Source: Azolla caroliniana | Lineage: Eukaryota > Plantae > Polypodiophyta | Direction: 5' to 3' | DNA: 64,000 nt | Assembly: GCA_043228905.1 (NCBI GenBank) | Contig: JBHGNT010000010.1 | Coordinates: 4,836,001 to 4,900,000, forward strand | Shown: positions 12,101 to 24,847 of the stretch, piece by piece | How the letters are laid out: each line of letters begins with the position of its first letter | Numbering within the stretch: the first letter of the stretch is position 1 | Made by a program: the position numbers and the translations under genes | Notes under the pieces: model-generated | Told to the model about the DNA's origin: nothing | Databases searched by the model: none | Seen by the model: the letters and a program-made list of their open reading frames with translations, nothing else

Positions 12101-15100
12101 CCTCAGCTCTATCAGCATCAGATACATTTGAGCAAAGACGCCAAACCGGTAGCACAACGACGGTACCGAATGAATCCAAACTACGCCGCCAAAGTCAAGG
12201 AGGAAATCGACAAGTTGCTGAGAGTTGGCTTTATCCGTCCCGTAAAGAAATCTACATGGCTGAGCCTGATAGTAGTCGTTACAAAGAAAAACGGCAAAAT
12301 TAGAGTATGTGTCAACTACCGGAAGCTTAATGCGGCGACGGTAATTGATACATTTCCACTTCCATTTACGGATGGAGTTTTGGGCGCAATCGCTGGCCAT
12401 GAGGTATACAGTTTTTTAGACGGATTCAACGGATACAACCAGATCCGGATGCACCCTGATGACCAGGAGAAAACGACTTTCGTCACAGAATGGGGAGTGT
12501 TGCCGTAGTGATGATGTTTAGACTCAAAACGGCGCCACCAATGTTCTAGAGGATCATCATGGAAATTTTTGGAGAATTTGACGGGAACTCAACGCTCCTT
12601 ATGCACAAAGCTCGGCCACAACCGAGATTCTTTTCATACATAGAAAACAGGAAACAAAAAAAAAAAAACACGACACAAAGGAGAGGAAAATACACAGGAG
12701 GTTTACGTGGAAAACCCAAAGAGGGAAAAAACCACGGCAGCCCACAGGCTGCAAACTGTCACTATGTGAGAATGTACAACAGTGAGTTCACTGAGGCAAC
12801 GACCTCGTGCTCACAGATCTTCACCACACACGGCGGTTACAACAGAGGCAACGACCTCTTTCTCTCTCTCTCTCTCTATACACTATTACGTGCTCTCTCT
12901 TCTTCTTGCACCAACTAGGAAGAATGACAACAAACAACCATTTAGTAAAAGTTTGCCCTAAGTCATATTTATACTAATATGACTTTTCGGCTTTTTACAA
13001 ATGTAACCTGGATGGGCTCTCAGAAACATATTTACGAATATGTCTCTTCATCCGGTTCTCACCGGGTCTGTACCATCCAGCTCTCCGTAGTCGGCTACTC
13101 CTCATCCGGTTCATACCGGGCCTGCACCATCCGGCTCTCCGTAGCCGGGTACTCCTCATCCGGTTTCCCAACAGAATTCATACTGTTCTTCTTCCTTCCC
13201 ATCCAGAGGGACCTAATTCCCAACAGAATTCATACTGGCGTTCATGCAGGTGTTCCTCGACGACTTCGCCGTTTACAGCCGAGAAGGAGACCACCTTCAA
13301 CACCTCCGACTGTGTCTAGAAAAGTGTAGGGCTTACCGGCTAAGCCTGAATCCGGCGAAGTGTGTATTCGGCGTGTCCAACGGAACGCTATTGGGGCACA
13401 TTGTGAGCAAGGAGGGCATCGCCGTGGATCCGTACAAAGTAAAAGCAATCCTGGAGGCACCGACACCAAAAACGGCAAAGGCATTGAGCCGTTTCTTAGG
13501 CCAAATCCGTTCGCATAGCCGTTCATGCTCTAGTATTTGGCGAACCTAGCTACACCACTGCATGTTGTGGTACACCGAACACCGTTCCAGTGGACCGACA
13601 CTGAAGACAAGGCGTACCGGGCACTCAAAGTTCTATTGTCGCAAGCGCCGATAGTGCAACCCCCGGATTGGGCGAAGGAATTTCATGTGTTCGTGGATGC
13701 GTCCGACATTGCAATCGGGAGTGCGCTGATGCAACTTACGAAGCCAAAATGGTACCGGCCTGTATATTACGCAAGCCGAAAGTTATCCCAAGTCGAACGA
13801 AATTATTCCACCACGGAAAGGGAAGCTTTAGGCATGATCTACAACATAACAAAATTCAAGCATTGTTTATTGGGAAGAAAGTTTTCCTTCCATGTAGATC
13901 ATTCGGCACTCCTCTACCTAGTGTCCAAAGCGTCACTTACCGGTAAGCTGGCCCGGTGGACTTTGCTATTACAGGAATTCGAATTCGAGATATTCCACCG
14001 ACCCGACATACAGCATGCGGTAGCAGATTATTTAAGCTGGTTAGATTCCGGCGAAACCGGCGACGGAGTACCAGACGAGTTTCCGGATGCTGAGCTATTT
14101 CGAGTCACCGCGGAAACGACAACAGATGAAATGGTGGCACCAGAAGATAAGTGGCTAACAAATATGCACCAATTTCTGAGCACCGGATTGCCTCCGGAGG
14201 AGATGAACCAGGACGAGAGGAAACGCCTAGCGGTACAAAGCCGACACTTCTGTTTATTACGGGACACGTTGTACCACAAAGGTGCGGACGGTATATGGCG
14301 ACGAGCGGTGCGCAACGACGAGAAAGAGGTAATACTATGGGAAGCACAATGCGGAGTCACCGGAGGCCATTATGCCGGGGATGCTACAGAAAGGAAGATA
14401 TGGCAAAGTAGCCTATGGTGGCCGATTACATTGAAAGACGCAGTCCGGTACGCGAAAGAGTGTGATCTATGCCAGCAAATGGGCTAGCCAACGGAACAAG
14501 CTAGGATGCCACACCAACCAGTACTACCGCTAGAACCATTTCAGAAATGGGGACTGGATTTTGTCGGACCATTTAAAGCACCGGCAATGAGAACTGGCAA
14601 CCGGTATGTGATCGTCGCGACGGACTACTGCACTAAATGGGTGGAAGCCAAAGCCCTACGAGACAACACCGCGGCGTCGACGGAAAAATTCTTATACGAA
14701 TACATTTGGTGCCGGTACGGATGCCCCATAGAGCTAATAAGCGACCAAGGAGGGCACTTTCTTGGACAGGTAGTGGAGAGCTTGACGTCATTCTATGCGG
14801 TAGTTCATAAACGGAGCACCCCGTACTACCCACAAGCCAACGGATTAGTTGAGTCAACAAACAAAATGCTATAGAATATCCTGCACAAGATCGTCAATGA
14901 GAATCAGACAGATTGGGACACGAAGCTGCACAGTGCGCTCTGGGCTTACCAGACGGCGTACAAAACAAGCATCCGAACAACGCCGTTCCGGTTAGCATTC
15001 GGATTAGAGGCAGTCATGCCGGTCGAGTTCCAGGTACCGAGCTTACGGATCCAAATTCGGGAATGACTTAATGAAAAGGAATCAGAGGCAATTCGGTTAA

Positions 15101-15429
15101 AGGCTCTGTGTGAACTAGAAGAACACCGACTGGTGAGCATCATGCATCTGGAATTGGAACAACGGCGACGGAACGCGTTTGTAGATCGGCACCGGAAGGG
15201 AAATGAAAAGATGTTCAAAATCGGCAAGCCGGTACTAGTGTTCCAGACCCGGATGGGTAAAATGCCAGGCAAACTACGGTTTAGATGGACCGGACCGTAC
15301 TGGATCACACGCGAGTTCAATGGATCCTACCAGTTAGGGACACTTGCCGGCGAGGTGCTGGGTAAATGGGTCAACGGTTTTAGACTAAAGCCATACAAAG
15401 GACCTATGCCCAAGAACCCATTTGAATGA
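9156..15429 (+). pseudogene. Gypsy B gag-pol, degenerate and split by a solo LTR
   Basis: Zinc knuckles, protease VIDGGSGVN, RT (LDGFNGYNQI, VFLDDF), RNase H (VDASDIAIG), integrase (WGLDFVGP, PQANG, WTGPY). Confidence 0.92.
12579..13225 (-). mobile_element. Copia-family solo LTR inside the RT of element B
   Basis: TG...CA ends and perfect 5-bp TSD GAATT. Reverse-complement homologue of 33792-34689, with about 2.7 copies of the 54-bp U3 repeat. Confidence 0.92.
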
Positions 15430-17736
15430 AGGGCCGACACCGAATCGGACGCCGACAGGCCAACCAAGACGGCAACCTGTGAGGAAAATGGCTACCACCA
15501 AGCCGGTAAGGAGGAGCACGAGCCGGCAACCGGGGAGAGCAAAACGACGGCAAACCATTACGATGCCGGGAAGATTCTTCATTCGGGTAAGGGTTCGTTA
15601 GGACCGGAGAAAAATTAACCACACAATTAATTAAAAATAAAAATAAAAGGTACGAGGAGGCTATGAATAGGGCATTAAAACACCGCCACATGGCACGTAA
15701 TGCTATTATAGTACACGACCTGCACACGAGTAGGCTCGAAAAAGGTGCCAAGATGCAGAGAGAAAAACCCGCACGCATCGAGACCTTCTTCTTTCGCGAA
15801 CCGAGGAGAACAGACGCAGACAGACGTGTGAAGATCAATTGAAGAGAGCTCGTGCACAAAGAACCCCCTCACTCAGAACTTTCTCTCTCACACTCTCACC
15901 ACCGTCAAACCTCCCCAACGCTCTCCGACCTCGACGCAGAGATGGACTGCCAAACACTGTCTGAAGCCGCCAAGAAATGGCTACGGCAACACGGACTGGA
16001 GGGTTTCTTGACAATCATGGAGGTGGCGCCACACAAGGAGGCCGAAACGATTATCAAAGAAATCGACACAGAGTTGATCACGGAGGAGGCGATCCGTGCG
16101 TTAACAGGCCTTCCGGAGGGGGGCATCTACACGATTGACAATCCGACCTCCGAGCAGCTCATCAAATATTTCGGTGAGTATTCTCTCGCCAGCAAGGGCT
16201 ACAGGACACAGGGTGGCGAGAGAATACTCAGTGGCGGCCGGCAAAGAGAACTGCAGAATCAGCCGGGAAGCGTTCAGACCCACAGAAGGATGGAACGCCT
16301 GTAACCCACATTGAGACTCCCACGCTAAGGGAGGCACCGGAACCGGTTCGGATGGAACCGGTCACAGAAGTCCTTGCACAACAGGCAGCACCAGCAAGCT
16401 CCGTAACTCAAGAGCCGGTTATACAAATGCCAACCTCCTCAATCGGCCAAGAACAAGCAGAACAAGTGCGGCTAGCCGAAACACAACCGGAACCTAAACG
16501 GCAAAGTGGTCAGCAGGTAGAGCCGGAATTGCCGCTCGACGCAAAAAGGCAGGACCAGCCACCGACAAGTGAACCCATCAGCCAACCTGCCGTGCAGACG
16601 CAACAACAGGGCACCGACAGCCAATGGCTTCGGTGGATAGGAGAACAAATTGCTGGAGTAGTCGGATACATAGAGGCGGAAGAAAGAGCGCAAACAGAAT
16701 GGTTGCTAGTCACAACCGATGAACTAGAGACGGCCTGGTCAAGGATCCGGTGCCTCGAACAAGACTTGGATCGGGTCACAGAACACATGGCCAAAATGGC
16801 CTTAACCGCAACACAGATCCAAGCACCGGTGACTACGGTGGATGTACATACGAATAAGACCCCGGAGACAGAAACTGTTCTGGAGAAAGATGCGGCGCAA
16901 GCCTAAGAGCTTGCTGACTTAAGAGACGAACTTGCCGCACAAAAAGCATTACCGAGCCGCGAACGAGACTTGAAGAAGGCGGCCGAAGAAGAATTAAAGA
17001 AGACCACTGAGAACCTCCGCCGGGCAGAGGAAAACCTGCGTAAAGGACATCATGCTTACGACCGGCTAAAGGAGGAAAAAGAGTAATTGCTGTAGGAGAA
17101 AGACAAGCTGTGACGGATGGCGGAGAAGGAAATCGAAAGGCTGAAAGAAGAACTCCGTCAACAGAAGGACCGGGAGGACCGCGCGCTGTTGTGAAGATTT
17201 TCGGCAATAGTGTGAAAATCCCATAAAACGTACAAAATCGAATATGAATCACATAATACAATAATTGTGAAGATAACATTTTAAATAAATTTAATATCTA
17301 AGTAAAAATGATGGAGGTTTCGAATGCACTTTATTACACGAGAAACGGACAACTAAATGTCAAGATATGAGGGTATAAAGTTTGTGAAAGGAAAAGAGAA
17401 AATTGTGAGATATCCCACATAGGCACAACAAATACGGCTCTCATCATATATAAGATAGAGCAAAACATATTATCTTTATGTCTATGTGTGGAGCATAGAG
17501 AGTTCAAGATAACTTGAACTAAGAGTGGAGGTGGGCTAGCTACTCGTAAAGGGTTTTGGCCAACCAAAACCGGACCGGCGATGGAGCCGGTGATCCGGTA
17601 GCAATCCGGTGAGGCACCGGTATCTGACGGCAATCAGCGACAGCATCCGGCGAGGCACCGGTAACCCACGACATCCGACGAACCGGCGTCCGGTGACTAG
17701 ATAAATAAATATATAAATATATATACATATACAAGG

Positions 17737-17808
17737 AGGGCAAGTAAGGATTCGAACCTTGCACCTCCGAGTTAGGAGTCAATTGGCTTACCATTAAGCC
17801 ATGCCATT
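17737..17808 (-). ncRNA. tRNA-like (SINE-head-like) sequence in U3 of the element C 5' LTR
   Basis: On the minus strand: A box TGGCTTAATGG with D-stem GCTT/AAGC, CTCCTAA loop, and B box GGTTCGAATCC with stem AAGG/CCTT. The acceptor stem is poor. An AT-rich tail follows. Confidence 0.65.
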
Positions 17809-18337
17809 TAGTTGAATTTATATTTCTATCATTGTACTTTTACGTGTAAATTCTCATACATGAGAGCTAAAATGAGTGACATGGTTATCATGCACCACAT
17901 GTAATACATAAGCGCCAAATGGCAAGCATGCATTTTATGCATGTCTTGTACCCTCACATGCATCATATGCATGAGAGCATCTATAAAAGAAGGAAGGGGG
18001 AGGAGAAAAAACGCGTTTTTTTTTGTTATGAAATTAAGAAGAAGAAATTCGTTATCAAATTGATCGTGTAACTTGTTTCTTAAATCTAAAGATAAAAGTT
18101 CAATCAATCTCTCTCAATCGTTTAATCTCAACTTCTCTCTTTCCCAATCTATCTTAAGTACTTTCTCGCCAAAGCTTGCGCCAAAGCTTGTACCGACTTT
18201 GAATCCTTCCGGTCTAGAACCCCGGCGGTTTCGCCTCACGATCCGCGCGTAGTGACGGATCTTCACGACATAATTAAGTGGTGAACCCGACGTGAAAGAG
18301 GCGGTAGGAAGGATCAAGTCGAGATTAATACTTGGAG

Positions 18338-21300
18338 ATGGTGTCCTCAAGCAACCAAGCGGGAGAGCTCGAAAGGATGATGCTAATCGTCGAGCAAATG
18401 ATGAGATCTCGGGACAACAACACGAGCGTGGAGAAGGCTATCGATCGTGTCGTAGAGCTCGAGGGCCAATTCGATGGAAGGAACGTTACGAAGTTCCTTG
18501 ATGCATATAGAAGGGAGATGAATCAGAGGGACGTGTCCGACGCACGTCAAATCGTAAGCTTCAAGAGAGTTGTCGCCAACAACATCCAAAGACGCGTCAT
18601 CGAGCTTCAAGAAGGTAAGACAACATGGTCCGAGTTCGAGAAAACGATACTAGCAGAGTTCGTGACTGAAGACTCAACGAGGATGATTCGACATGCCCTG
18701 ATGAAGTGGATAGAGAAGAAGAATAAGAAGATGAGCATCTCGAGGGTGTACGACGAATTCGACCAAATGTTTGGTCGTCTCCCCAATACGGACCAAGTGT
18801 TGCTTGAAGAGGACAAGACTTTGTACTTCTTGAAGGCCGTGGACATAAAGGATAGACGGGAGTTGGGGACTCTTCTCGAAGATGATACCCAAGCAAATGG
18901 GCTCGTAGTGGACTAGATCGCGGTGAAGCGGGCATGCAATAGGCTCGACAAGCGTCGCCAATGGGTTGATGACACCGACTTGACGGGATCGACTACCACA
19001 GAGAAAGCAAGACTGCCGAAAGTAGCTTAGCCGCCAAGACAAAGTAACGTGGAAGAAAAGAAGATTGATGACGACATCATTGAAGAGCTAGCGAAGAAGT
19101 TCAAGAAGGTCACACTAGCCAACATGAATCGTCGGGGCCCTAAAGGAAAAGAACCCTTTAGATGCGTGTGGTGCGATAGCATGGACCACATGAGAAGGGA
19201 TTGTGCGAGCCTTCGAGAGGCGATTCGACAAAATATCGTATACATAGAGGACAACATGATCTGCTCAAGCGTGACTAGAAGACCCCTACGGGTGAATTTC
19301 GGAAGAGGAGGAATGAAGAAATCTATGGAGGATGCCGATGCGACTCATGTGGATGCGATGCACTATGCTGCGTCGGCTGGAATAAGAGTCGGGAAAGACA
19401 AGACTGAAGCTGCTAGAGCGAGAGCAAAGTTTTGGACTTTCGTTCTTGAATATGAGAAGAACGAGGTAGAGCTTGCAGACCGAAGCGTGCAAAGCATAAC
19501 CGGGTGGTCGGATCCGGTGGACGACAACACCATACTCGCAGAGGTGATGTGCGACAACCACGAGGTGTTCGTCGAAGAAAAGAGAAGGACGATGCGGAGA
19601 CGAGTTGACCTTTACAAACGGAGGAACGAGAATCAAGCCGAAAAGGGGAGCCGAGCATACGAGTTGAAGAAACGGTTCGGGCCATGAAGGTTGGTGTCGA
19701 AGACCCCGCTTGGAGGACAAGGACTATACCTACCTATAAGCTAAGGTCGGACATAGAGCAGACGACGAACCTAAAGAAGATTCTCGAAGAACGAGTTCTT
19801 GATAGCCACGTAACTTTTTCCTTGAGGGAATTGCTTGGCATTACGAAGAAGGAGTTCCATGACATGATCATGGACCTTGTAAAGAGAAAGAGACAACAAT
19901 CGGACGAGGAAGAAGAGAAGCCGCAAAAAGCAAAAACGAATGCCATAACGATGGCAAGAGACGAAGTCGATGAAGATATGGTGGACAGCCACTATACTCG
20001 ACCTCATTGGGCACGAGCGACAACGGAGACGCCGGTGAAGATAGGGGAGAAGAAAGAGACCGTGGTAGCCTTGATCGACCACGGCTCGGAGATCAACCTC
20101 ATGTCAACCGACTTCTACAAAAAAGGAAGATGGCCAATCAATACAAACCACGGATGGAAGATTCGCGCGGCAACAAAGTCTACGGAGGACTTGTACGGAG
20201 CTTGTCCCAATATCAAAGTCACAATCAGGGATGTGGAGATGGATCAACACTTCTTCATACAAGAATCGGCGTCGCATCCTGTCATCCTAGGGCAACCTTA
20301 TATCACATCATCTCGGATGGAGACCAAAGTGTTCGATAATGGAGCAACCTTCGCACGAATAAAGAGTCTTGACAACCAAAGATTGGTCCAATTCCTAACG
20401 GTGCGAGCCAATCATGAAAGGAATCGAGATAGTCCGAGCAATAACAAGACCCCACAAGAAAGAAGAGTGCGTGGATTGCGAGGAGAAGCAACATGTGTCA
20501 CACCTAGTGGCGTATGTAAACTAGTACTACCCGACAAGAAGCACAAGCACCGGATACAAGAATTTGAGAAGATGCTGAAAGAAGAAAACATAATAGAAGA
20601 AGGAGAGTTCGTGACTCATATTATGGAAGAAGCCTCATTTAACGACACCATCGGTGAAATTGAGGACGTCGTGGACTTGAGCTATCTTCACAACCAACGC
20701 GTGATTTCGGTTAACTTCGTCAACATGTACGCTATCATCAATGAATACAGTCGTGGCATCTCAATGAAGGAAGCTGACATCAACACGAAATATAAAACGG
20801 TGGATAAGAAGATCAAGCCAGTTGCGGTTCCGCTACCAGAAGATAGCTGGCAAAAGATGAAGGAAGTTGCTAACGATCCAAGCTTAAGAGATCCGAAGAA
20901 GATAGGTCATGTCTTCACCAAAGAGACGAAGGGGAAGCTACGAGTTGGAAAGGAGGATTTCCTTCTCCCTAAAGAGGAGCAAATGTTTCGCGATATGCTT
21001 GAGAGACATGGGAAGGCTTTCGCATTCTCTACACGAGAAATCAGATGCGCCGACCCAAAGGTTATAGAGCCGATGGTGATCTTCACGGTGCCTCATGTGC
21101 CTTGGAATTTGAAACCGATACCGGTTCCGAGAGCACACCTTCTGAAGCTGATCGAGCTCTTAAAGGAGAAGGTGAGTATGGGAATTCTAGAACCGTCGAA
21201 TGCTCCTTATTCCAATAGGTGGTTCACGGTGCCAAAGAAGAATGGATCATTGCGATTCATCCAAGATCTTCAACCCGTCAACAAGGTGACAATTCAAAAT

Positions 21301-24058
21301 GCTGGAATCGGTCCGAGCGTGGACGAATTTGCCGAAGTGTTTGCAGGCCGGTCCATCTACTCCATTGACGATCTCTACTCCGGATATGACCAATTCCAAT
21401 TGGCGATTGACAGTCGGGACATTACAACCATGAGGACTCCGATCGGGCTTGTGCGGATGTGTACCTTACCCCAAGGCGCAACGAACTCAGTGGCTCATAT
21501 GGTGAATGCCATGAATAAAGTCTTGAAGGATTGCATCTCGGACATCACGATGCCATTCTTGGATGATATTCCGATAAAAGGATGTTCGGATGAGGAGAAA
21601 GATGAATCGAAAGATAAGGAAGGTTGTAGAAAGTTCGTTGCGGATCATATGAAAGATTGCGAGAAGGTGCTTCAAAGGCTCGAAGATGTGAATTTGACAT
21701 TTTTGGGAGAAAAATCCGCATTCGGGCAACCAGAGATCTTGGTGGTAGGTCACTTGTGTGGAGCATACGGCTGGAAGCCCTCACCATCCAAAGTGAATGC
21801 AATCCAAGACATGAAAGAAGAATGCGAAAACCAAACGGAGGTTCGAAGGTTCCTTGGAGTGTGCGTGTTTGATCATATATGGATTCCTCACTACGCTCAT
21901 GTCGCCGAACCGTTATATGGACTACTAAAGAAAAGAATGAAGTTTGAATGGCGAGACGAGCACACAAATGCGATGCGAAGATTAAAGAAATTGCTTCTTG
22001 AAGCTCCGGCACTAAGGAAGGCCAACTATGCCGAAGGGAAACCAATTTACGTGACCGTAGATACGAGCCCAACCGGAATCGGGTGGATCATCAATCAAGA
22101 AGGTGAAGATAATGTGCAATATGCCGTCCGGTTCGGAGCAAAGGTTCTCAGTGAACGGCAACAAAGATATGCCCAAGTCAAGCGGGAACTTTGGGGGTAT
22201 TGTGTCGGTAGTGAAGACGGACAAAGATTACCTGATCGGGTCAGAAGTGATAATAGAGACAGATTGTCTCCCAATTCTCGGAATGGTCTCGGGATGTGCG
22301 ACCCCAGATCTTGCTATGCTAAGGTGGATCGCCTACATCAAGTCTTTAAACCCAGAGATCCGTCACATTGCAGGGAAGAAGAATGCCATGGCTGACATGC
22401 TGTCGAGGGCAAGATTTTCAAATGGAAGTAACATGGTTTCGGAAGATGAAGATGTCTCCCTCGACTTCTTCAAGATGGCTCGATTGTCGGCAGAAGACCA
22501 GGACACGCAAACCCTCCATGCCTTCAACGAGAACGAGTACGAAGGAGAGTGGTTACTCATCGGTAGATTCCTAAGAACATTGACGATAGATGCTTCGTTG
22601 ACAAAGGAGGAGGCCCTACGAATCCGAATGAAAGCTTACCGATACTTCTTGAAGGGAGGATTCCTTTGGCGACATCCAAAAAGAAGGACAGGAATACCAC
22701 GACGAGTGGTGGTAAAGAAAGAAGAGCAAGAGACGCTAATGACCGAATTCCACGAGAGTGCTTGGGCAGGTCATAGAGGAACATGGGCGACGTTCGAAAA
22801 GTTGAAGGAGAAGTATTGGTGGCCAAGCATGTACAAAGATGTACTCCATTTCGTGTCCACATGCGAAACTTGCCAAATATATTCAAATATATGTCATCGT
22901 GATGAGTTACAGCCGACATACCCACTCACCATACACTTCAAATGGATGGTGGATCTGGTCTCAATGCCAATGGGAGTGGGACAAATGAAGTACTTAGCAC
23001 TGGCAAGGGAAGACTTGACAAATCAAGTGGAAGGACGAGCCTTGACAAATAAGATGACTTCAACTGTTTGCAAATTTTTTCTTGAAGAGGTTGTTTGCCG
23101 ATATGGATGTGTAGGGAAGATAGTGGCCGACCGAGGGGAGTTGGACACGCACGAAGCAACGGAGCTCTTCGAAAGACTAGGCGTGAAGCTCTCCCTGATG
23201 ACTGCCTACAATCCGGAAGCAAATGGGAAGATCGAGCGAGGGCATGGACCTATCGTTAAAGCCATCGTACGGGCATGCAACGGTCGAGTCGGGAATTGGC
23301 CATGACTATTACCCTATGCCTTGTGGGCCGATAGAACGACACATAGCTCGGTGACAGGGTATATGCTGACGGAGCTTATGTATGGACAAAAGCCGATTAT
23401 GCCCATTGAAAGGACGATCGTCTCATTGAAAGCCATCGTACGGGCATGCAACGGTCGAGTCGGGAATTGGCCATGACTATTACCCTATGCCTTGTGGGCC
23501 GATAGAACGACACATAGCTCGGTGACAGGGTATATGCTGACGGAGCTTATGTATGGACAAAAGCCGATTATGCCCATTGAAAGGACGATCGTCTCATGGG
23601 TAGTGATACCGTGGGAGAACGAGATGAGCAGAGAAGAGTTATTAGCGGCGCGGATAAGGCAACTTGAAAGAAGACCTGAAGATTTAGAAAAAGTGCGAAA
23701 GATGATGGAGGCAACCCGAGTAAAGAACAAAGTTCGGTTCGACAACACGCATCGACTTTGTCCCAAGAAGATTGAAGAAGGAGATTGGGTTTTGGTTTAC
23801 GACAGCACCCTTGACAATCAACATAGTACAACAAGGAAGTTCGCAAGAAGATGGTTCGGGCCGTATGTGGTGACAAGTGCCAACGATAATGCCACATACC
23901 ACCTTGCGGAACTAGACGGATCAAGGTTGGCCGTACCCATTGCGGGAAAAAGAGTAAAGATTTTCAAGGAAAGACAAGACAAGGATCCTGACCTCAATTA
24001 CCTCGACGATGAACATAATAGGGTGGATGTAAATGAAGACATGCAGGAATCTAATTGA
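18338..24058 (+). pseudogene. Gypsy C gag-pol
   Basis: Gag knuckle CVWCDSMDHMRRDC, protease LIDHGSEIN, RT MPFLDDIPIKG, RNase H VDTSPTGIG, integrase ADRGE and WFGPY. A few stops and frameshifts. Confidence 0.93.
23258..23597 (+). repeat. 171-bp tandem duplication in the element C integrase
   Basis: 23258-23426 is repeated at 23429-23597; both copies contain the same TGA stop. Confidence 0.9.
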
Positions 24059-24775
24059 TCACCGTAGCCGAAATATCACTTTCTCTCTTCTTGGCACGTA
24101 CCGGAGGACGTGCGGTTTGGTGGGGGTGGATGTCGTGAAGATTTTCGGCAATAGTGTGAAAATCCCATAAAACATACAAAATCGAGTATGAATCACAAAA
24201 TACAATAATTGTGAAGATAACATTTTAAATAAATTTAATATCTAAGTACAAAATGATGGAGGTTTCGAATGCACTTTATTACACGAGAAACAGACAACTA
24301 AATGTTTAGATATGAGGGTATAAAGTTTGTGAAAGGAAAAGAGAAAATTGTGAGATATCCCACATAGTCACAACAAATACGGCTCTCATCATATATAAGG
24401 TAGAGCAAAACATATTATCTTTGTGTCTATATGTGGAGCATAGAGAGTTCAAGGTAACTTGAACTAAGAGTGGAGGTGGGCTAACTACTTGTAAAGGGTT
24501 AAATGGCCAACCAAAACCGGACCGGCGATAGAGCCGGTTATCCGGTAGCATCCGATGGCAATCCGGCAATGGCGGCATAATAGGGTGGATGTAAATGAAG
24601 ACATGGAGGAATCTAATTGAATCCGGCGACGGTGAGACGACGGCATCCGGCGAGGCACCGGTATCCGACGGCAATCGGCAACGGCATCCGGCGAGGCATC
24701 GGTAACCGACGAACTGGCGTTCGGTGACTATATAAATAAATATATAAATATATATACATATATACATATACAAGG

Positions 24776-24847
24776 AGGGCAAGTAAGGATTCGAACCTTG
24801 CACCTCCGAGTTAGGAGTCAATTGGCTTACCATTAAGCCATGCCATT
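24776..24847 (-). ncRNA. tRNA-like sequence in U3 of the element C 3' LTR
   Basis: Appears identical to 17737-17808. Confidence 0.65.

Noticed and set aside
17737-17808. Functional tRNA-Arg(CCT) gene
   Set aside because: The acceptor and anticodon stems pair poorly, so it is kept only as a tRNA-like element.
17829-18107. Identical 92-aa ORFs at 17829 and 24868, and other duplicated short ORFs
   Set aside because: They lie within LTR pairs, so identity reflects LTR duplication rather than coding constraint.
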